This document shows, piece after piece, positions 39,538 to 49,546 of a stretch of DNA of 64,000 bases (its first letter is position 1; the number at the start of each line of letters is the position of its first letter). The notes beneath the pieces are model-generated. The model did no database searches. It was not told the DNA's origin and saw only the letters and a list, made by a program, of their open reading frames with translations. Source of the DNA: Nitrospinales bacterium (GTDB lineage: Bacteria; Nitrospinota; Nitrospinia; Nitrospinales; VA-1); contig CBDCWG010000012.1 in assembly GCA_965223345.1 (NCBI GenBank), positions 672,001-736,000 on the forward strand, in the 5' to 3' direction. The translations under genes and the position numbers were made by a program.

Positions 39538-40737
39538 GTGCCAACGTTTACTTACAAAACCAAAATCAAAGGCCAGATCAAAAAAGGTGTCGTCGATGCG
39601 GAAGACGAGAAAGCCGCCCTTGCGAAGCTCAAGTCGCAGAATATCCGCGTCACCTCCCTGAGCAAGAAAGCGGGCGACATCGTTTTATTCGGCTCCAAAG
39701 GCAAAAAAATCACGGGACGCGATATCGTCATCTTCACACGGCAGTTTTCCACCATGGTGGACGCCGGACTTCCCCTGGTGCAGTGCCTCGATATCCTGGG
39801 TAAGCAAACGGAAAACAAAACGCTGGGAGAAGTCGTTCTTCAGGTCAAAGGCAATATCGAAAAGGGAAGCGACCTTTCCGATTCGATGCGCAAACACCCC
39901 AAGGTGTTCGACAATCTTTACTGCAACCTGGTGGAGGCGGGTGAGGCCGGCGGTATTCTCGACACGATTCTCAAAAGACTGGCCGAGTACATCGAAAAAG
40001 CCGAGAGCCTCAAGAAAAAAGTCAAATCCGCCATGGTTTATCCGGGGGTCATCGTCACCGTTGCGGTGGGTGTGGTGGCTTTCCTGATGATTTTCGTCAT
40101 TCCCGCATTCGCTTCCCTGTTCGACAACAGCGGGGCGGATCTGCCCGGCCCCACCCAGATCGTCATGGATGTCAGTCATCTGTTTCGAACCAAATGGTAT
40201 TACATGCTGGGCGGCCTGGTGGCCTTTATTTTTCTGTTCAAAAAGATCTATTCCACGGAACGGGGGCGCTTTGAAATTGACCGCCTCGCCCTGAAGGTGC
40301 CGGTCGTCGGCGTTTTGATCCGCAAGGTTTCGGTGGCCAAGTTCACGCGCACACTGGGTACGCTGATCGCGAGCGGCGTTCCCTTGATCGAGGGACTGGA
40401 AATCTGCGCCCGTACCTCCGGCAACAAAATCGTCGAGCGCGCCGTGTTCAACACCATCGAAGCGATCAAGGAAGGTGAAAGCATCGCCGCACCTCTGTCG
40501 CGCGAATCCATATTCCCACCCATGGTGATCCAGATGATCGACGTCGGTGAAAACTCGGGATCCCTGGACGCCATGTGTACCAAAATTGCGGATTTCTACG
40601 ATGAAGAGGTGGACGCGGCGGTAGCTGCCCTGACCTCCCTGCTCGAACCCATGCTGATGGTTTTTCTGGGCATCGTTGTCGGATTCATCGTCGTTGCCAT
40701 GTACCTTCCCATTTTCAAAATGGGAGAAGCGATCTGA
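39538..40737 (+). CDS. pilC: Type IV pilus platform protein PilC (GspF family)
   Basis: FTRQFSTMVDAGLPL, AGEAGGILD, SAMVYP, VGENSGSLD and AMYLPIF motifs. Confidence 0.95.
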   Translation: MPTFTYKTKIKGQIKKGVVDAEDEKAALAKLKSQNIRVTSLSKKAGDIVLFGSKGKKITGRDIVIFTRQFSTMVDAGLPLVQCLDILGKQTENKTLGEVVLQVKGNIEKGSDLSDSMRKHPKVFDNLYCNLVEAGEAGGILDTILKRLAEYIEKAESLKKKVKSAMVYPGVIVTVAVGVVAFLMIFVIPAFASLFDNSGADLPGPTQIVMDVSHLFRTKWYYMLGGLVAFIFLFKKIYSTERGRFEIDRLALKVPVVGVLIRKVSVAKFTRTLGTLIASGVPLIEGLEICARTSGNKIVERAVFNTIEAIKEGESIAAPLSRESIFPPMVIQMIDVGENSGSLDAMCTKIADFYDEEVDAAVAALTSLLEPMLMVFLGIVVGFIVVAMYLPIFKMGEAI

Positions 40738-40799
40738 CGCTCTTTGGGGCTGTGCCAGCCCCGAAGGTTGCCATCACGAAACATCAGCGCGCAAGCTCC

Positions 40800-42515
40800 A
40801 TGAACAGCCATTCGGACAGACCCGAGCAGGATCCCACATCCCGCCTCAAAACCGTGATGGTTTTCCGGGTGGTGTTTCTGACGGCCTTTGTGGCGTTGAT
40901 TCTGCCTTTGCAGATGCGCATGGAGTTTCACGCATCGATCCGCCCCCTCACTCTCGTCATCAGCGCAGGCTATCTCCTTTCCATCGTTTACGCCCTGTTT
41001 CTCAAAATCTGGCGGCCGTTTGCCGGATCGGTCGTGCAGATCGTCGGAGACCTCATTCTGGTGGGGGCGATCCTGTACACGACAGGCGGGACGCAGAGCC
41101 CGCTTTCCTTTCTTTTCATTTTCGTCATTCTTGCGGCCAGCTTTCTTTTTTCCAGGGGAGGCTGCTATTTCGTCGCCTCCGGAGCCAGCATCGTATACGG
41201 TCTGCTCATCGATCTGGAGTTTTACAATGTCATCCATCCTTACTATCTGTTCGACGAACCCAACAAATCGCTGGACGGCGGGTACGTTTTCTATCTCATT
41301 TTTCTGAACATCGCCTCCTACTATTCGGTGGCGTTTCTGAGCGGTCTGCTCAACCAGCGGCTGCGGGTCATGGATGAAGAACTCTCGCTTGCCAGCAAAG
41401 ATTTGCAGGAGCTGCAGGCCTTTCACCGCAGCGTGGTGCGGGACATGGGAACGGGCTTGATCACCACCGACGGCGCGGGGCGCATCACTTCCGTCAACCA
41501 TGCCGCGGAAGACATCACAGGATACTCCTACGATGAATGTCTGGGAGTGTCTTTTGAAGGCCTGCTCAAGATTCCCGATTTGAAGGTCCTGTTTCAGAGT
41601 CCGCATCTGGTGTCTTTGCCTCTGCAGATCGAAGAGGAATGCAAGCGCAAGGATGGAAAAAAAATATTCATACGCATGAAGGTCAGCCGGTTTTCCAATC
41701 TCGAGGAACGGGCGAAAGGCTATATCTGTGTGTTCGAGGATCTGACCAGCTTTCGGGAAATGCAGGAAAAGATGTCTCAGGCCGAGCGGCTGGCGGCGGT
41801 GGGACGGTTCTCCGCAGGCCTGGCGCACGAGATTCGCAATCCGCTCGCTTCGCTCAGCGGGTCCATACAGGTCCTGAGCAAAAGCATGCAACTGGAGCAG
41901 AAACACAAAGCGCTGATGGACATCGTTCTGAAAGAAACGGACCGGCTCAACGGCATCCTCACGGATTTTCTCAATTATTCCAACCCGAAGAAAAACCGCA
42001 AGACCCTGGTGGACCTGACGCAGTTGATCCAGGATGTGATCACGTTGATCAAGAACAGCGATCGCTTCTCGGAAGAGACCCGCATCGAGTTCAACGGCAA
42101 ATCGGATCATTTGATCATGAGCGGGGACGAACCGCAGATCAAGCAGATGATCTGGAACCTTTGCATCAACGGACTGCAGGCGATGACCGAAGGCGGGACG
42201 CTGAAAATCTCGCTGCAAAAAGTCGATTACTTTCACAGCGTGAATTTCAAGTCGGACAAGCGCGGATACCTGCTCACCGTCGAAGATCAGGGATGCGGAA
42301 TCCCGCCGGACCAGCTCAAGAAAATTTTCGATCCTTTTTTCACGACCAAGGAGAACGGTGTCGGACTCGGGCTGCCGACGGTCTACCAGATCGTGCAGCG
42401 ATCCGGAGGCACCATCGAAGTTTCCAGCCGCTATAAACTGGGAACCCGTTTTTCGGTTTACCTGCCCCGCGGCGTGGTCACTATGGAACCGGAAGCGGTG
42501 CCCGCAGGGCATTGA
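40800..42515 (+). CDS. PilS-like PAS sensor histidine kinase
   Basis: Six-TM N-terminus with TGGTQSPLSFLF, PAS domain, H-box AHEIRNPL, N-box NLCINGLQAM, DQGCG, FFTTK and GLGL. Confidence 0.9.
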   Translation: MNSHSDRPEQDPTSRLKTVMVFRVVFLTAFVALILPLQMRMEFHASIRPLTLVISAGYLLSIVYALFLKIWRPFAGSVVQIVGDLILVGAILYTTGGTQSPLSFLFIFVILAASFLFSRGGCYFVASGASIVYGLLIDLEFYNVIHPYYLFDEPNKSLDGGYVFYLIFLNIASYYSVAFLSGLLNQRLRVMDEELSLASKDLQELQAFHRSVVRDMGTGLITTDGAGRITSVNHAAEDITGYSYDECLGVSFEGLLKIPDLKVLFQSPHLVSLPLQIEEECKRKDGKKIFIRMKVSRFSNLEERAKGYICVFEDLTSFREMQEKMSQAERLAAVGRFSAGLAHEIRNPLASLSGSIQVLSKSMQLEQKHKALMDIVLKETDRLNGILTDFLNYSNPKKNRKTLVDLTQLIQDVITLIKNSDRFSEETRIEFNGKSDHLIMSGDEPQIKQMIWNLCINGLQAMTEGGTLKISLQKVDYFHSVNFKSDKRGYLLTVEDQGCGIPPDQLKKIFDPFFTTKENGVGLGLPTVYQIVQRSGGTIEVSSRYKLGTRFSVYLPRGVVTMEPEAVPAGH

Positions 42516-42557
42516 GCGTCGAACCTCAATCATTACCCTCCATCATTTTCGTCTGCT

Positions 42558-43448
42558 TTGGCATCTCCCGTAACAATTCCGAATCGAACACGTTGGCTTT
42601 GGCCTGTATTCTTCATGACGCTGCTTGCCTGCGCCTCGCTGGATGAAAAAGCCGGCGGACGCGGCGGGGAGATGGTGTGGATACCGGAAGGGGTGTTCAC
42701 GATGGGGTGGGGCATCGAGAATGACCGGGACTGGGGCGACACGGATGAGGAACCGGTGCACGAAGTGGCATTGAGCGAATACTGGATCGACCGCTTCGAG
42801 GTGACCGCTTCCGACTTTTCCGATTTTCTCAACCGGCATCCGCAATCGAGCCAGCGCTTCATCGAACTGGGAAACGCGGTCACCGTCGAAAAGGTGAACG
42901 GCCGGTACCGTGCGCGGCCCGGGCTCGAGCGGCATCCGGTCAACCGGGTCTCCTGGTATGGTGCAAACGCCTACTGCCGCTGGCTTGGCAAGCGCCTTCC
43001 GACCGAAGCGGAATGGGAAAAAGCGGCGCGCGGAATCGATCAGCGGATTTTCCCCTGGGGCGACGCGTTTCCGGACAACACGCGCGTGACGTTTCGCAGA
43101 AAATTTTCCGAGCTGGGTTTTGCGGTCCTAGAACCGGTGGATGCCATGGCGGCAGGTCGCTCGCCCTATGGGGTGCATCACATGGCGGGCAATGTCTGGG
43201 AGTGGGTCGCGGACTGGTATGCGGACGATTATTACGATCGTTCTGAGAAAAAAGATCCTCAGGGGCCGGCTTCGGGCACAACCAAAGTGCTGCGCGGCGG
43301 CAACTGGTATTACAAGGCGTATTACATGCGCACGACCTACCGGTTCAACGAACCGCCCCACAAATTCAAAAACTGGCTGGGATTCCGTTGCGCTTCTTCA
43401 AAGCCGCCGAATCAGATCGATCCCAGGCCAAACGATTCGCTGGAGTGA
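42558..43448 (+). CDS. Formylglycine-generating enzyme (SUMF1/FGE-sulfatase) domain protein, probably exported
   Basis: IPEGVFTMG, HPVNRVSWYGANAYC, RLPTEAEWEKAARG, MAGNVWEW, RGGNW and GFRCA motifs. Confidence 0.92.
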   Translation: MASPVTIPNRTRWLWPVFFMTLLACASLDEKAGGRGGEMVWIPEGVFTMGWGIENDRDWGDTDEEPVHEVALSEYWIDRFEVTASDFSDFLNRHPQSSQRFIELGNAVTVEKVNGRYRARPGLERHPVNRVSWYGANAYCRWLGKRLPTEAEWEKAARGIDQRIFPWGDAFPDNTRVTFRRKFSELGFAVLEPVDAMAAGRSPYGVHHMAGNVWEWVADWYADDYYDRSEKKDPQGPASGTTKVLRGGNWYYKAYYMRTTYRFNEPPHKFKNWLGFRCASSKPPNQIDPRPNDSLE

Positions 43449-43477
43449 ATTCCTTTCATTTCGTGCCTCTTCCCTTC

Positions 43478-44395
43478 CTAACGTTTGCGGTTCAGCGCTT
43501 TTTTTAAAATCCACGCCACATTCACTTTCTTTCTGCAGAACCGGAACAGGGCCTCGTTCAGAGCCATGAGCTGGCAGTGTTCTGTCAGAATCCCGGCCTC
43601 GCTGCAATTGATGATGTTGAGCGGCGCGTTGCGCTTCCAGGTGCTGAACGCCCAGTGAAACCATTTTTTTGAAACCGCCATGGATTTCAATGTGGGCAGC
43701 GGTCGGCCGTGCAGATCTTTTTCCACCACGATGTTTTCCCTTTGCAGCTCGAAGGTGGTTTCCAGCCGCACCTCGCTGTTCTCACTTTCCTGGCTGTGGG
43801 TTTTGGGCTGAGGATAGGAAAGATCCTGCCCAACGAACAGGATCGGATCGCCGCCGGACTGGAACGCCAGATCGTACGCGACCGAAAGCACGCTGCCGCC
43901 GGGAGTCAGGGCGCCCAGGTGTGGGGCCCGGTTCTGGATCTGGGTGAGAAGCGGGATGTCGGGGGCGAATTTGCTGTAAAACAGCACGCCGCCCTCCCAG
44001 AGATCGAGCACCTGCGGATGGATGATGGACGGCGCGATGAGGGTGATCCCGCGATGCGAACAGTTCTTGAAAAACTTCGCGATTTCAATCTGCGGATCGA
44101 GGCTGGCGACGAAGGCGGGGACGATGTCGTGCGCCAGCAGGGGTTTCAGTGCGGCGTCGCTGGCGATGAGGACGGCTTTTTCACGCGCCCGGCTGAGCAG
44201 GCGGATGTTCCTGTCCAAAGACGGGCCGGCGCCGACGACGATCCAGGGAATATTCTGAAACCGATTCTTGAGGGACAGGACGCCCGGATTGCTCTGAACG
44301 GCTTGTTGATTGGCGGCGAAGTTTTTTTCCCAGAGCCGATTGAACCGGAGCAGCGTGGCGTTTTTGACTTCCTGAATTTGCGAGTCGGGGTTCAT
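43478..44395 (-). CDS. Motility-associated factor (Maf/DUF115) glycosyltransferase family protein
   Basis: IVVGAGPSLDRNI, IASDAAL, GGSVLSVAYDLA and FVGQDLSY motifs; downstream of flgE. Confidence 0.85.
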   Translation of the reverse strand: MNPDSQIQEVKNATLLRFNRLWEKNFAANQQAVQSNPGVLSLKNRFQNIPWIVVGAGPSLDRNIRLLSRAREKAVLIASDAALKPLLAHDIVPAFVASLDPQIEIAKFFKNCSHRGITLIAPSIIHPQVLDLWEGGVLFYSKFAPDIPLLTQIQNRAPHLGALTPGGSVLSVAYDLAFQSGGDPILFVGQDLSYPQPKTHSQESENSEVRLETTFELQRENIVVEKDLHGRPLPTLKSMAVSKKWFHWAFSTWKRNAPLNIINCSEAGILTEHCQLMALNEALFRFCRKKVNVAWILKKALNRKR

Positions 44396-44440
44396 GGCGA
44401 CAGGGTAACAAAGTCAAAACGAGAGGGCCAACGCCAAAAT

Positions 44441-44469
44441 AAAAAAAGACCCGGGCGAATGCCCGGGTC
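44441..44469 (-). terminator. Intrinsic terminator after flgE
   Basis: Minus strand GACCCGGGC-ATTC-GCCCGGGTC followed by T7. Confidence 0.85.
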
Positions 44470-44502
44470 CGGCAGGAGGATGGCAACGAACCAAGAGAAA
44501 AC

Positions 44503-45744
44503 TTATCGGACCAGGTTCACGGTTTCCGTCAACAGGTCGTCGGTGGTGGTGATGACCCGCGCGCTGGCCTGAAATGCCTGCTGGGTCTGGATCATGGTGA
44601 CGAATTCATTCGCCAGATCGACGTTGGAAAGTTCGAGCGAACTTCCCAGGACGGAGCCGAACCCTCCGGTTTCGGCGGTGCCGATGTTGGGTTGCCCGGA
44701 TTCACCGGATTCCGCAAACAGGTTCTGTCCGCGCCGGGTCAACCCGACGGGGGCGAGAAAATCCGCCAGCGCGACCTGGAACAGGTCGTCGGACTGGCCG
44801 TTATTGAACAGCCCCGAGATGATGCCCTTGGAATCGACCGAAAGACCGATCAGCGTCCCGGTCGGGAACCCGTCCTGAACCACGGAGTTGTTGTTCGATG
44901 CGGCTGCGAAACCGGTGAGTTTGCCGTTGGTCGTGCCTCCCGAATCGACCAGATCCCAGTTGAGCGTCTGGGTGGCGGCGGGAGGCGTGGAGCCGGAATG
45001 ATCGATGACGATGGACAGGTCCGCCGGAGAACCTCCGTTGACCGCGGATAGTTGACCGGTGGTGTCGAAGGTGACGCTGCCGGAAGCGCCGGAGGACACG
45101 GTTCCCTGAGACGGGCTGGCGACGAAGTTCCAGGTGTTGCCGGTGCTCGAGGTTTTGGTGAAAGTGAGGCTCAGGATCACCTGCGATCCCACGGAGTTGA
45201 AGATGGAGATGGGAGAGGTGAACGTCGTTCCGCCGGAGGAAGCGCCGTTGAGATTGGCTCCGAGGGTGAAGGTGGTGGTGGCCTGCGGTGAGGACTGCAC
45301 GCCGGCGAGGTCAACATCGGTGAGGGTGGAGGAGGTCACGCCGTTGGTGATGCGAAATCCCTGCAGGGTGTCCTGTGTGACGTTCTGCACGACGCCGTTT
45401 TCATTGAGCCGGAACTGTCCGGCGCGCGTGTAAAAGTTGCCGGTGCCGTTGTTGACGATGAAAAAACCGGAGCCGTCGAGGGCCAGATCGAGCGCGTTGG
45501 AGGAGGATTCGAACGCCCCCTGGCCGAAGGAGGCCAGCACGCCCTGCAACTGCGACCCGCGGCCCACCTGGCTGGTCACTTCGCCGTTGGTGAGCAGGGT
45601 GCTGAACACATCGCTGAACACCGCCTTGCTGCCTTTAAAACCGACGGTGTTGACGTTGGCGATGTTGTCGCCGATGATATTCATGGCCTGGGAATTGCTG
45701 GTGAGGCCGGACACGCCCGTAAACAGGGAACTGATCAATGACAT
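44503..45744 (-). CDS. flgE: Flagellar hook protein FlgE
   Basis: GDNIANVNTVGFK, DLALDGSGFF, YTRAGQF, LELSNVDLANEF and QQAFQASARVITT motifs. Confidence 0.97.
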   Translation of the reverse strand: MSLISSLFTGVSGLTSNSQAMNIIGDNIANVNTVGFKGSKAVFSDVFSTLLTNGEVTSQVGRGSQLQGVLASFGQGAFESSSNALDLALDGSGFFIVNNGTGNFYTRAGQFRLNENGVVQNVTQDTLQGFRITNGVTSSTLTDVDLAGVQSSPQATTTFTLGANLNGASSGGTTFTSPISIFNSVGSQVILSLTFTKTSSTGNTWNFVASPSQGTVSSGASGSVTFDTTGQLSAVNGGSPADLSIVIDHSGSTPPAATQTLNWDLVDSGGTTNGKLTGFAAASNNNSVVQDGFPTGTLIGLSVDSKGIISGLFNNGQSDDLFQVALADFLAPVGLTRRGQNLFAESGESGQPNIGTAETGGFGSVLGSSLELSNVDLANEFVTMIQTQQAFQASARVITTTDDLLTETVNLVR

Positions 45745-45766
45745 GAATCTCTCCTTTTTGGCTGAA

Positions 45767-46426
45767 TCAGATGCCGACGCGTGTGATCTCGCTCACGGCG
45801 TGTTTCTGTCCATCGACGATGGCGAACGCTTTCTCGCCTTCAAAAATCACTTCTGTGACCTTGCCCTGCACAAAGGTCTTCGCGGTCACCGAGTTGCCTT
45901 CGCTGTTCTGGGCGCGAACGGAAAAACCATACAGTCCCGATTCGACCGGCAGCCCGTCGTTATCGAGTCCGTTCCAGGTGAACCGGTTCGCACCCGCCGA
46001 CTGCGGTGCCAGTGCGAGTGTGGTCACTTCCTTTCCGGTCGCATCGAAGATGCCGATTTCAACCTGGGTGGCATCGGCATCGAGCGTGTAATTGAGCGAT
46101 CGGGACTGCCCGGACTGATGCTGGAAGGTGTCTCCGGGTGAGTCGATCTGTTTGCCGATGAGGTTGAGGGAAGCGGTGTTGCTCAGAGCCGATTCAAACC
46201 CCTTGATCTCCTGCAGGGTGGAGTTGACGTTGGTGATCTGCTCCAGCGTGCTGAACTGTGCCAGCTGGGCGCTGAAATCCTGTGCGTCCATCGGACTCAA
46301 GGGATCCTGGGCTTCCAGTTGCGCGACCAGAAGCTGCAGAAATTCGTTTTTTCCGAGATCCCGGTTGCCCACGGTTTGCGCGGTGGCGGCTTTCGGGTCC
46401 GGGGCGGGAGTGACGCCTTCGATCAT
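45767..46426 (-). CDS. flgD: Flagellar hook capping protein FlgD
   Basis: FLQLLVAQLEAQDPLSPMD..FSAQLAQFS and FTWNG motifs. Confidence 0.96.
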   Translation of the reverse strand: MIEGVTPAPDPKAATAQTVGNRDLGKNEFLQLLVAQLEAQDPLSPMDAQDFSAQLAQFSTLEQITNVNSTLQEIKGFESALSNTASLNLIGKQIDSPGDTFQHQSGQSRSLNYTLDADATQVEIGIFDATGKEVTTLALAPQSAGANRFTWNGLDNDGLPVESGLYGFSVRAQNSEGNSVTAKTFVQGKVTEVIFEGEKAFAIVDGQKHAVSEITRVGI

Positions 46427-46466
46427 TTTCTATCTCCGTGTCAATTGCTGGATCTTCGGACGGCGG

Positions 46467-47942
46467 TCATGCCATCACGCTGATCGATGTGGATTCGTCG
46501 TAAAACATTCTGCTTCTCGCTGCGGTGAAAACATCGAGTTCGCTTTCCTGGGCAAGCGGGTCTTCCGCAGCGTAGGCGGATGCGTGACCGAATGCGTTTT
46601 CATGCGAGGTGTTCTGGCGGGAGCCGGAACCCTGATCGCCGCCCACCAGAACGGTGAAGCTTTCCACTTTCAGGCCGTTGCCATTGAGGGAATCGCGCAG
46701 TTGCGCCAGGTTGCTCTCGATGATCTGCTTGACGGTATTGTTGTCCGTCATGATGACCGTCTTGACCGCGTCTCCGGAAGTGGTCACGTTCATGCGCACG
46801 GTGCCGAGGGACGGCGGTTCCAGCCGCACCTTGATTTCGTTTTGATTGCCGTGCGAGCGCAGCGAAATTTTATTGAGGATCTGATGGATCACCTTGGCGT
46901 CGTCGGCGCCCCGGGTGTTGTAGGTCTGGGAAGCGAAGGATTTCTGTGCGTCGAGGATCTTGGCCGAGGAATTATTGCTGGTGCTGACCTGCGTGACCTG
47001 AACGTTCGGGAGATCCTTCAGGGTTGCGCCGTTTTTCAGGGGGCTGTCATTGCCTTTGAGCGCCGCTGCCGTGGAAGAGGCCGTCAGGTTGGGATTGACC
47101 GGGTTCTCCAGGGATTTGCCGATGCCGGCCGCTGTTTTGAGAACAGGAGGTTTTTCATTCGCTGAAGAAACGCCCTCAGAGGATTGGCCGAGTATTTTTT
47201 CCAGAGAAATTTTCTGGTCCAGCGATTCCTCGACCTTGGCTTTTCCTTTCAGTTGCGTTTCCCGGTTCAACTGACTGGCGCTTTCCTGCAGCTGCGCAGA
47301 TTGAAGCTTGGCGAACAGGTCCTTTGCCTGCTGCTGGTTCAGTCCCGATTGGGTCAACAACTCCTGCGCCGGTTGTTCGGAATTCTGCAGCAGACCGGCA
47401 GCCTGCTCACTAACGTTCGCGGCCTGAGGGAGCGGCTGGGCTTTTAAAGAAGAAGCCTGGCCCAGCGTCTGCGCGAGTGACTGCAAAAACGTGTTGAGGT
47501 TTGCATCTCCACGCAGATTCAAGACCTTGAGCAACGCATCGATGTTGTTTTGCGAAACCCCGAGTGCCTGCAATTGATCGGTGATGGTTTCGCGGTTCAC
47601 GGTGGTGTTTGCGGGCAGGTTGTCGGCGGGTTCGATGTCTTCGGATTGCCGGGGCTGTGCGGGTTGCGCGGAGGACTGGTTGACGGCGGAGGGTGTTTCT
47701 TTTTCTTTCGCCGGCCGGTTATCCACTTCAGCGGGTTGGTGGTCCTGCGGTTCGTGCCCGGCTTTCTCCCGTTCCTCGGCGCGGGCGGTCTTTCTCTCGC
47801 GTTGGGAATCGGAAGACTGTTTCACCGCTTCTTCCATGTGACTGCGAAAGGAATCGTCACCGGCGGAGGATTCCCTGGGCGGGGCCACCTCGACGGGGGC
47901 TTTGGCGGGAAGCAGGGAGATGATGTTTGCTTGCGGGATCAT
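46467..47942 (-). CDS. fliK: Flagellar hook-length control protein FliK
   Basis: Low-complexity N-terminus; C-terminal VRLEPPSLGTVRM...IESNLAQLRDSL; upstream of flgD. Likely start is the ATG at 47942. Confidence 0.9.
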   Translation of the reverse strand: MIPQANIISLLPAKAPVEVAPPRESSAGDDSFRSHMEEAVKQSSDSQRERKTARAEEREKAGHEPQDHQPAEVDNRPAKEKETPSAVNQSSAQPAQPRQSEDIEPADNLPANTTVNRETITDQLQALGVSQNNIDALLKVLNLRGDANLNTFLQSLAQTLGQASSLKAQPLPQAANVSEQAAGLLQNSEQPAQELLTQSGLNQQQAKDLFAKLQSAQLQESASQLNRETQLKGKAKVEESLDQKISLEKILGQSSEGVSSANEKPPVLKTAAGIGKSLENPVNPNLTASSTAAALKGNDSPLKNGATLKDLPNVQVTQVSTSNNSSAKILDAQKSFASQTYNTRGADDAKVIHQILNKISLRSHGNQNEIKVRLEPPSLGTVRMNVTTSGDAVKTVIMTDNNTVKQIIESNLAQLRDSLNGNGLKVESFTVLVGGDQGSGSRQNTSHENAFGHASAYAAEDPLAQESELDVFTAARSRMFYDESTSISVMA

Positions 47943-47992
47943 AGACACAAACCAAAAAATTGCACGCGAACGATTTCGCTGACTGTTGAGTG

Positions 47993-48008
47993 AGCAAAAG
48001 ATATGCCA
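47993..48008 (-). promoter_or_regulatory. Sigma54 (-24/-12) promoter of fliK-flgD-flgE
   Basis: Minus strand TGGCATATCTTTTGCT = GG-N10-GC consensus, 50 nt upstream of the fliK ATG. Confidence 0.8.
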
Positions 48009-48322
48009 AATAGCGTGGGCATCAGGTAACCCATTGAAAGACACCGGGTTGGATTGAATTCGGTTGAAACACCTCGAATGCAAAAATCGGGCAAGATCTT
48101 CCCGGATGGGTAAAAAGTCACTGGTTTTTCAGCGCTTTTCCGATATGTCCTTTCGGGCGATCCACGATTTGTTCGGCGGACGGTGCTTGGTAAGTCGATG
48201 GGTGGGGCGCGGGGAATCTACAGGGCTTGGCAGAGCGTGTGTCAAAGCCTGTCGTTGCTGTGAGGAAGCGAAAAGCCCGAGAGCGCTGGTGAATGCGGGT
48301 TGGAATTTGTTATACTCTTTTT

Positions 48323-49093
48323 ATGAAGTCCGTATTTTTTTTGTCACGTTTTGTTTTCCTGTTCTCGATCCTGTTCCCCCTCGCTGCCTGGGCGCAGCCC
48401 TTCGATCCGGGGCTTTTCCAGCCCTCCACACTCGTCAGCGTGGAAATCTCCAAGAACAAGCTCAAAGGGATTTACCAAAAAGGCGGTCACAGTAAAACCC
48501 TGCACTGCGGCTGTTTTTTCGACAAGATCAACCAGGTGCATCCCAACTCCTGTGATCGGGCGGACCGGAAATTGCGTCGCAAGCGCACATCGGAAGTGCT
48601 GGACTGGTTCCACGCCGTTCCCGTCGCGGAGTTCGCTGGGGCATTGAAATGCTGGGACAACAAGGTCTGCGGCCGTGCGGGGGAGACTCCCTATCAGGGC
48701 GCGCGCTGTTGTGCGGAGATCTCGCCGAAATACAAGACGCGGGAGGCGGACATGCACAACCTGTTTCCCACACTCTCCAGTCTGAATGCGGCCGGCGCCC
48801 CCTCTTCCGCTCAGGGATTGTCCGAGTACGCGTACTGCGCCAATGAAAAACCCGAAACGGGATCTCCGCGCGCCGGCGTTCGGGGGGACTTTGCCCGCGC
48901 TTATTTTTACATGTCCTATCAGTACAAGCTGCCTCTGCCTGAGGAGCGCGAGGATGTGCTGAGGCGCTGGCATCTGGAGGACCCGCCGGATGCCTGGGAA
49001 GAGACGCGCAACTCGATGATCGAAGTCGTGCAGGGCAACCGCAACCCGTTCATCGACCGGCCGGAACTGGTGGAACGGGTGCGCGATTTTTAA
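48323..49093 (+). CDS. Periplasmic endonuclease I family protein
   Basis: Signal peptide; HCGC, DWFHAVP, ADMHNLFP, RGDFARAYFYM, WEETRN and QGNRNPFI motifs. Confidence 0.88.
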   Translation: MKSVFFLSRFVFLFSILFPLAAWAQPFDPGLFQPSTLVSVEISKNKLKGIYQKGGHSKTLHCGCFFDKINQVHPNSCDRADRKLRRKRTSEVLDWFHAVPVAEFAGALKCWDNKVCGRAGETPYQGARCCAEISPKYKTREADMHNLFPTLSSLNAAGAPSSAQGLSEYAYCANEKPETGSPRAGVRGDFARAYFYMSYQYKLPLPEEREDVLRRWHLEDPPDAWEETRNSMIEVVQGNRNPFIDRPELVERVRDF

Positions 49094-49119
49094 AAAACCC
49101 TGCTTCGGTTGAGCGCACG

Positions 49120-49536
49120 CTAGAGCCGCGTGTTTTCGTCCACCACCGCGCAGTCGAACACATCGGGATGAAGCCCGGTGACCCCGCGCAGGTCCGCTCC
49201 CTGCAGATACGTTCCCGCCAGATTCACGTCCGCAAGATCCGCGCCTTTCAGATCGGCCCAGGACAGATCGGTTTCTTCCAGATTGGCTTGTTGTAAATTC
49301 GCAGCGGCCAGACAGGCGTCCTGCAGGTTGGCTCCACGCAGGTCGGTGTTTTTCAGGTTGGCATCCTGCAGGTTGGCGCCTTGTAAATTGGCTTCCACCA
49401 GCACGGCGCCCTGCAGGTTCGCGGATTCGAGATCCGCCCCGTTCAGTTCGGCTTTTTTTCCATCGCGGCCTTTGGAGTCGTACCAGATCTCGTGGCGAAG
49501 CAGGATCTGTTCGAGATCGTGCCTGGAGGGTTGCAT
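49120..49536 (-). CDS. Pentapeptide repeat protein
   Basis: A(N/D)Lxx repeats; N-terminal HEIWYDSKGRDGKKA similar to 30564-31067. Confidence 0.9.
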   Translation of the reverse strand: MQPSRHDLEQILLRHEIWYDSKGRDGKKAELNGADLESANLQGAVLVEANLQGANLQDANLKNTDLRGANLQDACLAAANLQQANLEETDLSWADLKGADLADVNLAGTYLQGADLRGVTGLHPDVFDCAVVDENTRL

Positions 49537-49546
49537 GATTTTGCGA

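Noticed and set aside
42558..43448. FGE-sulfatase (C-type lectin fold) gene as a possible diversity-generating retroelement target
   Set aside because: No reverse transcriptase in the window, and no second copy of its 3' end (template repeat) was seen.
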